Shown here piece after piece: positions 1-11,900 of a stretch of DNA of 64,000 nucleotides (positions within the stretch are counted from its first letter, which is position 1; every line of letters begins with the position of its first letter). This stretch comes from Hydrolagus affinis. Its lineage: Eukaryota. A program made the position numbers and the translations under genes. The stretch covers positions 1-64,000 of the forward strand of contig JAAILG010000916.1 of the NCBI GenBank assembly GCA_012026655.1, in the 5' to 3' direction. Below the pieces are notes generated by a model that saw only the letters and a list, made by a program, of their open reading frames with translations, was not told the DNA's origin and ran no database searches.

Positions 1-162
1 GAAGAAGCCTTCCAGGGGTGCATTGAAGCGTGGAAGAAGAGGATGGACAAGTGTGTGAGACTGGACGGAAACTATTTTGAAGGGGACAAGCTGTGATTTC
101 ATGATATTTTTTGGAATAAAATTTCTGTGATGTCAGTCCCGTTACTTTTTAGACGGACCTCG
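1..162 (+). mobile_element. 3' end of a mariner-family DNA transposon (transposase C-terminus plus right TIR)
   Basis: Frame 1 reads EEAFQGCIEAWKKRMDKCVRLDGNYFEGDKL* (stop 94-96), matching the mariner C-terminal W..R..KC....G.YFE pattern. AATAAA at 115-120. TIR-like end ...gttactttttagacggacctcg followed by TA (163-164). Confidence 0.8.
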
Positions 163-2949
163 TATGTGGAACTCAGCAGTTTTACTTGGAGGCATTTAAA
201 TAATGTTAACTAAGTACAATATACATTCAAAAAATTGTGAATAACTGTTCCTTGCTTTTTTAATAAGGATGGTGCCACATCACCCTTCTTTGTCAGTTTT
301 GCCCAGAATCTGCATTTGAATTACAGTTTATGAAGTTACCATCCACAAGTAGCTTATTTTTGGAATTTGGGATCATTTTCCCCCAAGATATTCGTATGTG
401 TGATTCAAATGTACAGTATTTGTAAAAAAAAAGAAAATTGGTACAGTACTAAAACTTGATGAACAGAAAATTCCCCAATACTTAACCAGGTCTTAAATGC
501 TGAACACACTTTCAGAGTTGGCTGACATTCAACTTCTTGCTATTTTTGCCACATCCAAGATCAATTACAACTGTCCCTGTGATTATTACAGATCTGTTTT
601 TGCCTTGCACCTTATTCTGACTCTTTAAAAGTATTTTCTTAGTTGCTAGCTTGTGCAGCCGGACTTCTGCTTCTCTTAAACCTAAATACACTAGTACCAA
701 TAATTTGAATGAACAAAAATGCAGCTTAGACTACTTCAAAAAAAAATATTTGTAGTTTTATATCTGCACAAGAAATAATGCTTTAAACGGAATCAATGAT
801 CAGATTAACTGTATTTATTCTTTTCAAAAGCTGTTATGGATGTATCCTAACCTTTCAAATCTGAGCCCAATCTGTTTTGAACAGAATTTGATTTCTCTGA
901 ACATTTGGTTACACTTTAACAATAGTATTTACCATTTGCACTGGGTTACTACATGTTTATATTGTTTACTGTTTTTACTTCTTTGGAGAACTGAAGCACT
1001 GAATTTTTTTATACCATATATTTTAACCCCATTTTTTCAATTCTCCCTTCAGAATTGTACAGCGTTATAGCTTCTGTGGGGTGGGACTGGTTTTTCCACC
1101 TATTTATTGCAGGAAGTGGAACACTGCTATTGCAAAGTCAACCATCAAACAGTCCAAGTAGATCTTATAAAACTTGTAGATTCAGAAAATTAGAATGCAA
1201 ATGTTAGTTCAGGCCAAAATTAAAAATGATGTGCTCTAAATATTAATCCAAAGTTGCACTGTGGAGTTACTGATTTGTGCTCTTGTTTTTTTTAGATTTA
1301 ATGAAAAGGTATTGTCGGGAGTTTTATTTTATTAAACTATATTAAAATTTTCAAAAGACTATCAATCTATAGTGTTTTACCTAACAAAAATTGATAGTTT
1401 GTATTCTTCCAATGATAAATGTTGCTTTAAATGGTGATACAGTATTGGAAAGTTTGCATTCCAGGCATGTTGTCTTTCTCAGAAACTGCATCTTTACTTT
1501 GTGTTCAACAGCATGTGCATGAATACTGTAAAAGTTGATTTTCAACTAGTGTCATGCTATTTAATCAATCCCACTATAGTACGATAAGGTCCTAAATAGT
1601 ATTCTGAAGGGTATTTTGTGCATGAAACATGTAAGCTTACACTGCAGGGCAGCAATTCCGGTATGAAAAAAAATCATAGGGGTGGACCAAGATGTGATAG
1701 GAAAAGCATGTGTGTGTGAAATAAGTAGGACTATTATTACTGTGTTTGAAGAGCATTCTAATTTTTCAAAACAATGCATTTTTATATTGTGACTGAGAAA
1801 ATATGATTAAAAACTGCATGTTTTATAGGGCATTGTGTCCGAAAACCTGGTATTTCTGCCAATTGATGGGGGAGAAAGACTACAAAGGTATGAAACTGTT
1901 GGTGGGTTTGATGAATGTTGTGATATGAGATGAGGTATATGCATGTAGTTAAATATAGGTCAGCTGGAGGATCTCAAGCATTGCCTTGATATGTATTCTA
2001 CTGTCAAATGCCGTCTTTACCACCTATATAAATAGCTGGCAAGAACAGCATACCCACATAACTACTGAAGTGCAGCAGAGGGACTTTTTTTTAAATCAAC
2101 ACAGGCATAAAAATAAACAATGCTATATTTTGGTACACCTAAAATATCATGTTTAAGCCCTGTTTTGACTTCTGTTTGAAATTAATTTAATCTAACTATG
2201 GCTTAATGTTGTAGACTGATGCCTTGAGGGAAAATATCTGATGTTCTCCAAATAATGCAGTGAATGATTTATTTCTGACTGAACATGAACCCGAATTGTA
2301 CCTCAAATAAATGTGAAACTTCAAGTTTTGACATTGAAATGGTATGTTTTTATTTAATCTGTATGTACAATCATATTGTAATGTATGTTATTTTGGACAA
2401 AGCAATATATTTATTATATTCCATGCATTAAATGGCTGAAACACTATTAGCTTTTATTTTCATGTATTTACTGAACAGAGAGGATTGTAATCTTTGTGCT
2501 AAATATTTTGGGCACCTAACAGGTTTGTTTCTTTTCTGCTACAACAAGTTACTTTTATTTTGTATTTTGTTTTGTGTTTTGTTTACTTTTGTATAATGCC
2601 TTTCACTTAGGAAAATGTATTAATGAGTGTTACAAAAGATGGAGTGGGTGCCATGCTAGATGGTGATTGCAGACGGGTTTTTTTTGCTAACTTTTAGTTC
2701 CAGATATTTGGAAAACAAAAAAAAGGTTTTACAGTGCCTGACCACACTAAAACTCTTAAAAAAAATTACAGTAACACTGTCAAATGCAGTAACTTTTTAT
2801 AAGTGATTGTGGCAGCTATGTGCCAACACATCACACAAACCTTGTTGGTCACGGCAACATATTTTTCTCTTTTCACAATTTTTTTTAAATTTCCAATTTA
2901 AGAATGTGCACTCAGGCTCCCGGTTTCACAAAGAACCAGAGGACAGTTT

Positions 2950-3280
2950 ATTAACAAATTCTATATTGCCTTCTATGTAGAAATAATGTCTGAAAGAGCC
3001 AGGGGGAGGGGGAAGAAGGTGACCGAAAGCCCGGTCGAAAAGAAGGGTCTTTAGCCGAGACCTGAAAGTAGAAAGAGAGGCGGCGAGGCAAAATGACTGA
3101 GGAAGGGAGTTCTAGAGTCTCGTGGCGTAGTGGCTGAAGGCGGCCGCCGATGGTGGAGTGGAGGATTCGGGCGATGAGGAGGCCAGACCCAGTGGAGCGA
3201 AGGCAACGGGTACTGTGAGGAGAGAGGAGGTCAGAGAGGTAGGGGTATCCGAGGAGTGGAGTGAAGGCTCGCCAATGCAT
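2950..3280 (-). mobile_element. L2-clade LINE 3' fragment
   Basis: Minus ORF ...PYLSDLLSPHSTRCLRSTGSGLL...TIGGR resembles the L2 ORF2 C-terminus; similar to other L2 copies in the window. Confidence 0.75.
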
Positions 3281-4429
3281 ATCATTTACTTGAATTTTCA
3301 GAAATTTGTTTGATAATATTTCAAATTTAAGTTATCTTAATTTTGCCTCCTTCAGGTATTTATGATACCCCCTATATTTCCACAGGTGCATGCAACATTT
3401 TTTCATTTGCCAGGATTGACAGAGAATGAGGTTAATTGCCATCACAATTTAATCTGTTCATCTGACATTCACAATGATAGCAATTAATTGTGGACAAGGA
3501 ATCTCCCTATCTCAAAGTCAGAAGTCAACTTTATTACCCTGCCCCTCCTCAGGTCGGCTAACATTTCATAGTGCAGAAATCAAACTTTGAACCAGAAGGG
3601 TAGGGGGAAACTCATGTTTGACTTTTAAAGTTAAAGCTTAATGTTTAACTGGTTAGATTGAGAACTGACTTAGCTATAGTAAATAGAATTTAAGAAAGAA
3701 CTGTTGTGAAGGGGGAAATGACCCTCATCATGCCCTCTACTTGAGCTTTCAGCATTCTGTCAAGTTTCTCTGGAACTTCCATCTCACCTTCAAAACCAGC
3801 CTTAAGACCTATCCTATTGGCCACACTCTGAACCGGCTTTCTTTACAACCTCCACCCCTATCTCAGGCTCCAAATTAACCCTAAAGTTCTTTAAAATGTC
3901 AATAATAAAAAAATTGGTCATTTCAATCCACGACTGTTTGTGGGAACACTGCTGTGTGCAATTTCCTGAAAAGCGCTATATCAAATGCAAGGATCATTAT
4001 TATAAATCACCAAGCTACACATATATTAAAATAAACGTGAAAAAAACACATTTTTTTCCACATTTGGGGTGGAATGTTGTTGGGACTGTCCAGCGCCTTG
4101 GGACGTCCTCCTGATGTGAAAGGCGCTATACAGTACAAGCGTAATTTTGTCGTTGTTGAATGTAAATGTTTGAGTGAAAGTATTTAGCACTGACTTATGT
4201 CTAAAATAATCTATCTGAACCTCACCCCCCCCCCCCCCCACCAATAGCTCACCTGCACTGAGCAGGTTTTGTGCAGATGATAAAACTGCAGAGATAGCAG
4301 GTCAACTGAAAGCACACACAGCGTTTCACGTCGATCGCTGCATGAACGAATTAATGAGTTTCCAAAGAGGTTACATTATAATATATAATTATTAGTACTG
4401 TATTATCAGCACCAGTTGCAATGAAGTGC

Positions 4430-4600
4430 GCAGAGGCTTCTGGGAACTGTAGTGTCACTGAGCATGGCTGCATGCAGTGGGGGAAGGACTATAAATCCCA
4501 GAAGCCCCCGCGAAAGGAGCACCTGCCACCTGGCTGAGGGGTGGGTGGGGCTGAGACAAAGTTGCTGCTCTGATTGGACAGTGCGCCCGTCAATCAGGGA
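4430..4600. promoter_or_regulatory. Upstream promoter module: two ZNF143/THAP11-type ACTACAnnTCCCA motifs and CCAAT-like boxes
   Basis: 4435-4453 reverse complement is actacagttcccagaagcc; 4488-4506 is actataaatcccagaagcc; ctgattgg at 4570 and gtcaatcag at 4589. Confidence 0.6.
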
Positions 4601-4709
4601 TACAGACAGCAGTCCAGCTGAGCTCACTCCCTCCGCCAACCCCCACGCGCTCAGCATCGAACGGTTGACAGTTGGCGGAGTTGTTGTTGTTGATTTCACC
4701 CCCCTCCCC

Positions 4710-5335
4710 CATTCACTCACACTCTCACATTCACTCACTCACCCACATCATACTCACACACAATCACTCAGTCTCCAACACTCTCACATACACTCACTCA
4801 CAGTCTCACTCTCTCACAAACACACTCAAAAAGACACCCACTCTCACAAGCACACACACACCCTCAATCACAAACACACTCGTTCGCTCAAACACATATT
4901 CACACACACACTCAGTCACTCTCTCTCACAGCTCGTTATAGTTTATATCAGTTTTCCCCTGTTGTCTTTGTGCGGCTTCTTTATATTGTATTTATTTCTG
5001 TCTCTGCTTTGTGGCTTCTTCAACTCGTCTGGAGCAACGATCGAGGCACAGTGTGAGTGTGAATGTGTGAGTGAACATGAGAGTGACTATGTGAGAGAGT
5101 GACTGTGTGTGTGTGTGTGTGAATATGAGTGTGTGACTGTATGTGAGAGTGACTGTGAATGAATATGAGTGTCTGACTGTGTGAGAGTGATTGTGTGTGA
5201 GGTGAATATGAGAGTGTCTGACTGTGTGAGAGAGTGACTGTATATTTGTGTGTGAATATGAGAGTGTCTGACTGTGTGTGTGTGTGAGTGAATATGAGAG
5301 TGTCTGACTGTGTGAGAGAGTGACTGTGTGTGTGT
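4710..5335. repeat. Degenerate (CA/CT)-rich tract and (TG/GA)-rich minisatellite in opposite orientations
   Basis: 4710-4930 is cactca/cacaca-rich; 5050-5335 has repeated gtgaatatgagagtgtctgactgtgtg units. Explains the His/Thr/Ser-rich spurious ORFs here. Confidence 0.85.
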
Positions 5336-5339
5336 TGGT

Positions 5340-5990
5340 GGGTAGCGCCATGGCGGCTCTCCTCTCCACAGCACCTGACTATTAGGTGGGGGGGGGGGGG
5401 GAAAGGGGCGGCCGGTGTGAGGGATTCCCGAGCGGCCAATAAGGGAAGCCGGCACCTCGGCGAGCCCCCCGGCGGCACAACCGGCGCATTGCGGATCACA
5501 GCCGAGAGAGAGAGAGAGAGAGAGACAGTCACCGGAGGAGAGAGAGGGAGAGAGTCTGGCGGTACTGATCCCCTTCTCCGGCCACACACCCACACAGACC
5601 AGTGCAGCTCATGTCGGGGCTGTGAGTGGCCATGTCACCATCAGTGTCCGGCAGCAGATCTGTCTTCAAGTGCTGAGCGGCTGCTCCGGCCTCATTCACC
5701 TCCCGCGACAAGAGCGACTGCGGTTTGCAGCAGGAGGAGGAGAAGCGGTTTAATCGGCTCCGCCACAGGCTTCGGGAGCTTGAGGCTTTGGCTATTTACC
5801 GTGCAATGGCGGCGCCTGGCCAAGATGATTGCTCTGTGCGAGTTGCTCTAAGGTAAGGGGCGGTGGGTGTGGGGGGAGGCTCTTTTTATTACAGTTTAAC
5901 AATTAATGTGCGGACTGTACACACAAAACACACACACCAGCGAATGCGGCATCGCCCGCCGCCTTTACCTTTGTGTTCGCAGTTGCCGAT
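5340..5990 (+). promoter_or_regulatory. CpG island / proximal promoter and 5' UTR of KIF21A
   Basis: High GC and CpG density against an AT-rich, CpG-poor background; CCAAT at about 5436, GC-box-like ggggcgg at 5405, GA tract 5504-5555; surrounds coding exon 1. Confidence 0.75.
5806..5852 (+). CDS. KIF21A: KIF21A coding exon 1 (MAAPGQDDCSVRVALR)
   Basis: gcaATGG start; SVRVA(L)R kinesin first beta strand; AG|gtaagg donor in phase 2 matching exon 2. Confidence 0.9.
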
Positions 5991-6589
5991 GCTGTTAATT
6001 CACTAGTGAAAGGGGTTAGACTATTTGACTCTCATCCCTCAATTCAGCAAATCATATCCTTTCTCGTGTTGCGAGTCGTCGAACTGATTGAACCCAACCT
6101 TATATTTACTGCCCCTTTTTATTAATTTTTTATATATTTAAACGTCCGAAGGCTGTGGTCGGTGCTGCGATATCAAACTGCGTGGTTGGCCTTATGAAGA
6201 TACGTGAACTGCAGAGTCAGGTTGGGTGGGGGGAGGGGTGGGGAGGGGGGGTCTTAACGCACTGTACAGATGGTATTTTAGTTAATATCGGATTTAACCG
6301 CAGCCTGGTTCAAATCTTTTAAAATGTGCGTGTTTTGTAATAGCATCGTCGAATTAATTACACAGCACAGAAGGAGACCGTGCCATCCATCTGTCTCTGT
6401 TGCCTGAGGTTTGAAAAGAGCTGTCCAAATCTATCCCTCCCCCCCTCCCCCCCCACTGCAAACTTGTCCTCCCCCAATAATTAACTAAGATTGTAACATG
6501 TTAGTTTAGACCTGCACACTAATCGTCATGTTAATATTCAAATGTGCAAAAAAAACAGGCTCTGTGATCTTTTTTGAATCAATTGATTA

Positions 6590-6862
6590 TGTAGAGTCCT
6601 TGCAAGTGAGAGAGGTGGGTTCATTTCCAGGCAAGGCGAGACCTCGGGCAGGTTCCCTAACTGTACATGCCTAATAAAACCCAAAAAAATCAAAACAATT
6701 GGTCATTTCAATTCAGTTTGTGGGACGCTGCTGTGCACAGTTGGCTGCTGTGTTTCGCCCACAAATATACCATCAATTCATTTTAAAGTATATTCTGTGA
6801 AGCGCTTTGAGACGTCTCGAAGACATGAAAAGCGCTATATCAAATGCAAGGATTATTATTGT
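6590..6862 (+). mobile_element. tRNA-derived SINE, short variant, with L2-type tail
   Basis: gggcag...gggacgctgctgtgcacagttggctgc...aagcgctttgagacgtc...aaatgcaaggattattatt; homologous to many copies in the window. Confidence 0.8.
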
Positions 6863-7839
6863 TATGATTTTAAAAAGCCTACCTCCTGTAAAATTGATAA
6901 CTACTGGATAATTGGTTAAAAAATCAATTTGATTGACATCGATTTGTAAGCAAATGTAAATGTAAATTATCCATACTAAAAACCTCAGCAACAACTAGCA
7001 ACATATCCCCCAGTATTGCTTCTATCAGTAGGTTTATGTGAGTGAAGTTACAGTAACTGCTTGCAATTTTTCAAACCTATGCAATTTTTTTCATGCATCT
7101 GCGGATCCAGGCATTGACAAGCATGTTGAAACGTATGTGTGCAATGTTTGTCAGCTTGTTTTATTCCTTTGTGATGGGAGAAATTACTGGGAGCTGGGAG
7201 GAAGGGAGGACCTGTACAGACATCACATCTGTCGATGTTTTTGGAGAAGAACTTAAACCAATTTCAGTTGCCTCATGCACCAAAAAGCACCATTTTGCCA
7301 CAATTTTAGTGTCACTTGCATAACTGACATTGATTATGTCGTAACACGTCCTCCCGACGTGAAAGGCATTTTACAATGTAATTTTGTTGATATTGACACT
7401 CCTATGTTTACATTTTGGATGCAGTTTGATGCAATCAAAGATTGTTATAGCTTCAGTTTTTAATCAATAATCTAATGTGTTAACTATAAAAAATGCATCC
7501 AAGATATTGTCACTTTAAGGTGGGGCTCAGACATTGCCTGCAATATGTATTCAGCTACAAAATAAACTTGTATTGAGTATTACAAAAGAGATGTAATTTG
7601 AAACACTGCTGTATAACATAAAAACTTTTAACAAATATGATCTATATTGTTTAACTCCCCATTTATTTGGGGGAAAAGGTTCATGCCTATTAGATTATTA
7701 ATAATAATAATCCTTGTCTTTGGTATAGAATTTTTCAAGACTTCTAGACATCTCAAAGTGCTTCACATAAATATATTGTAAAATGAATTGACGTTAAATA
7801 ATAATAATCTTTGTATTTGATATAGAGCTTTTCACATCC

Positions 7840-8097
7840 AGGCGGGTCAGGGCGAAAACTTGGGCAAGTTTCCTTACTCCACACGCCTAATAATAATCTC
7901 TCCAAAAAAAACAGCAATAAAATTGGTCATTTCAATCCACGACTGTTTGTGGGACACTGCTGTATGCAATTGGCTGCCGCGTTGTGCCCACAAAATATAC
8001 AGTCAATTCACTTTATAGTATATTCTGTGAAGCGCTTTGAGGTGTCTAGAAGATGTGAAAAGAGCCGTATCAAATGCAAGGATTATTATATTATTAT
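7840..8097 (+). mobile_element. SINE, short variant (preceded by inverted SINE tail fragments at 7697-7835)
   Basis: Same body and (att)n tail as other copies. Confidence 0.8.
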
Positions 8098-8774
8098 CTT
8101 CTAAATGTCTGGGGAGGGGGTTAAGAAAATAAAACACTGAGGATCCAGAATATGTCAGATGGACAGTACAACAACAACAGCGCTTCACAATAACATATAT
8201 TCATGTTGTACAAGAAAAGATCATTTGGAGAACTGCACAGGTTGCAAGGAAAAGTGTATGTAAATGAAGTTGGATTTTGTGTGTCGAATGGGACCTGAGC
8301 AGCATTTCCAACGGGTATCCGGAAAAGAAAGTGGGGAAAATTTTAGGAGAGAATTATTTGGTTCAAACATTTTTATTTGTATCTTCCCATGAAATAAAGA
8401 ATCCTTTGTGTCCACAGTGCCTATCTCCACATTTCTCGAGAGTAATTTATGAATATTAATGCAACAACAACAACAAAATTACATTTGTATAGCGCCTTTC
8501 ACGTCAGGAGGATGTCCCAAGGAGCTGGACAGTTACTGCCTCAGTTAGGAAAGATCTGTTACATTGTTGCCTGAATTTCTTCTTTCCATAAATGTTTTGA
8601 AAAGCTTAAGGAATAGTTTCTAATATTCTTTTAGCTTTGTAATTTTTAATCCACTTACTATCCGAAATTAACATTCTAAATAAATTATAATCTTTAAACT
8701 GCAAAACCCTCATTTTCATTGAATCTAAAGATTTTTGTTATTTTATAGCTCAGAGACCTTTTGGATTTATCAGT

Positions 8775-8925
8775 AAAATAATAATCCTTGCATTTGACAT
8801 GGTGCTTTTCATGTCCTCTAGACATCTCAAAAGTGTTTCATAGAATATACTGTAAAGTGAATTGACTGTATATTTGTGGGCGAAATGCGGCAGCCAATTG
8901 TACACAGCACTGCGCACAGTATTAT
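8775..8925 (-). mobile_element. SINE 3' fragment
   Basis: aataataatccttgcatttga...gcagccaattg is the reverse complement of the SINE tail. Confidence 0.75.
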
Positions 8926-11900
8926 TGTGTTTTTTCATGAAGCATTATTATCAGATCCGTATCAATATGATGGATGTTAAGGCAAAAAAAACCTTACTTG
9001 AGACGCAGCTTGGAAATGTTTGGACACACCCAGTTTATCAGGGTTTCCTGAACTCCTTACTGGAAACAACACCAATATTTTACAATTCAGGTAGTTGTTG
9101 ATCTTCTCTTAAGGATATTCACTGTGTAACTTTATCATCCATATAAGTAGTATTTAGTCTCACTGTTTTATTTCAGATTTCCAGCTTCTGTAGTATTTTG
9201 CTTTTCATTATTTTTGGTGGTGTGTGCTTAGCCCATAATTGATCAAGGGGATGATTTGTGAGTCTTCTAATGTTTTCAAAGGGGAACCTATTACTATCTG
9301 AATTGCCAGTTCTTGGTCAGATCAGCTGCTCCTCCTGTTGTCATGCTATCTCATTGAAGGGGAGTTAATTATACATGTTATTTCTCAGTAAACAATTACC
9401 GGTTCTATCAACGTCAAAGGTTACCCAACCAGTTATTTTGCCTCATTCATTATCAAGCTTCATTGATTCCATATGAGAATATTTTATTATATGATTATTT
9501 TCCATTTTCTTGGCAAAAATCTGTGTTGCCATTATTTGACTAAGAAAGCCTAAGGTTTTGGAAATCTTATTTCATAAATTAATTTATTGTTTAAAGTTTT
9601 TCTTAACCAAGTTCAGAAGAAAGCTCAATCTCCTTACCTATCTTCTATGGTGGTCAAACTATCAATACATAAAGGACCTAATCTGGAGAGCAAAAAATAC
9701 TAGTCTTTTCTGTTATCCATGAGATGGTTCACTAGACTTGTACAGGAAGCACAGCCTGATTCAATAGGAAAATTTTACTTTACCAGGGCAATGCCTCATT
9801 TCTGGTGAGATGTATTTAATATTGGCAACATTACAAACAAGCTCCAGTATCCCTCAAAATATTTTCTATTTTAAAGACAATATTTATGCACACAGCTCTA
9901 TGAATAATTAAAAGAATACTACTTTTGTATCAATTCTTTTTTTACCCTGGAATGCAATTAAGTGGTTATATTGATATCAACTAAAACAAACTGCAACTTT
10001 TTGGAAATGTCACAGAAGCTTACAAGGTTAGGTCTTTCATAGGAGTTTTTGGATATTAAATTGGTTTTGCTAGAACAGAATTGAATTATGTCATCACTAA
10101 TTAGTTAAAAAATTAGATTACTAGATTATACTGAAGTACTGTTCAGCTACCACACAACAAATACAGTAACCACTAGAGAAAATGTATTAGCTGGGTGTCT
10201 CCCACTATGATGGAAAATGAATTTCATGAGTGGAATTCTGTCGAGGAACAGAAGATCCATTGTTGGTCTTGGGGATTATCATTTTTGATATTACATTGTG
10301 AAAAGTCTCATCTTAATTAATGTCTGGCCAGGGCTTAACATTTCCCCTTCGATCTTTATTGTGGTTGCGCTCCAAGATGGCCCAAGGCTGACATTCAAAT
10401 TTGCTATCTTGCAATTTCAAATTGAGTTTGAAATCTTTGTTCTGAGAACCATCACTGAAATGCTGCAATCTCCGGGGCAGGAAATTCAATTGCAGTCTGG
10501 TGAGAGCTGGAGTTGGGTGAGTGTTGATTTGCAGCTCAACATTAACTCAAGCTCAACAAGGGTTAATTTGCTATTACTGGTGATAATTATTTACAATATC
10601 AGATGTCACATTTTTCACCCTACTGTTGTTTCTGAAGGAACACAGCAATGCTGCCCATTTCAAAATATCAAAGTTTTGCATTACGACTAACTGAATTACC
10701 AACGCTGTTCAAAGGATCAAACTTTGAAAATGGTTGAAATTCTTATTTGTCCTCCTTATGAAATCTGTCCAGATGTCTTCAAGAGGAATTTTGTGCACAT
10801 TAAGGTATACTTCCATTAACAATTCTTAAGCTTTTTGTTTACCTGTATTCTGGTTAATTTGGTTTCTGCCAGTAACCAAAATAATAGGTATCAGAATGGC
10901 TTTATTTTTTCAGAAAGTTGTGCAACAAATAAACATTTGCTTAAGATAAAATTATAAAGCCACACAAAGTAGGCTTTATACATTTTTAAAAAAAAAAGTC
11001 ATGCATTCATCTTGATTTGAATAAAAAAAACCTTGTTTTTTCAATAATGTGAGCCCTAAGATAGTCATGTCCAATAAACTAGACTAATCTAGGCATACAA
11101 ACAGTTAGATAATGCTGTGCGCAAATTGGTTGTGCATTCATCTACAAAAGTACACAGTTAAAACATGTAACATTAAATCCCATGAAGGCTTTGAGATACG
11201 TCTCAGGTCATTTAAAAAATATATATATTTCTGAAGTAGATGCAGTGTTGAATAATTTGCAGAAATGTGATACAGTGCGATATGCTGCTGTTGTTTCAAG
11301 GTCACAGGGAAATTTCCCATAAATTACAGTGAAATTCTATGTACAGTAGAATCATTCATGCATTTCCTGTTCATCGAGTGATCCTCTATACTCAGTTTTG
11401 TTCTTTCATTTAGATGGTATGCTCTTGGGTTCCCAGGTACAATCAGTGGTGTCAGTAGCTTATCTGTTACAGTGATGAAATGTAAATGGGTTTTGATTGG
11501 GCTGAAAGGTTTCTCAGTTCCTCGGTATCCTTGTGACAATATCACTTTTATATTAAGGTTGATTTCTAGGACTCTTTTGATCCCTTGCTCAGTTGAACTA
11601 TTTTAAGGTTCACACTATTGATAAGCAATGTTTTTTTTAACTCATTGATGTGAATGTGTGACCTTTTTTCAATAAATCTATAAAGCCAATAAAATAAATA
11701 TCTTTTGTTTGTCTTCTTCCCTCCCACCAACAAAAAATGGCCTTTTTTAAAAAACAAAATATCAAATAAGTCTCATCTTGAAGACCTAATAATAGAAGCT
11801 AAAACATTTCCTTCTCACCATTTTCAGAATGTTAGAACTGAATCGTTGTTAAATAGTTTGGATTATTATTCTTCATATAAATTGGGGAAGCATCTTATTG

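Noticed and set aside
4406-5595. Long His/Thr/Ser-rich ORFs on both strands
   Set aside because: They are translations of the CA/TG low-complexity tracts and the GC-rich promoter, with no protein signature.
5330-5851. 173-aa + strand ORF overlapping exon 1
   Set aside because: Non-ATG start, different frame from the kinesin exon; a CpG-island artefact.
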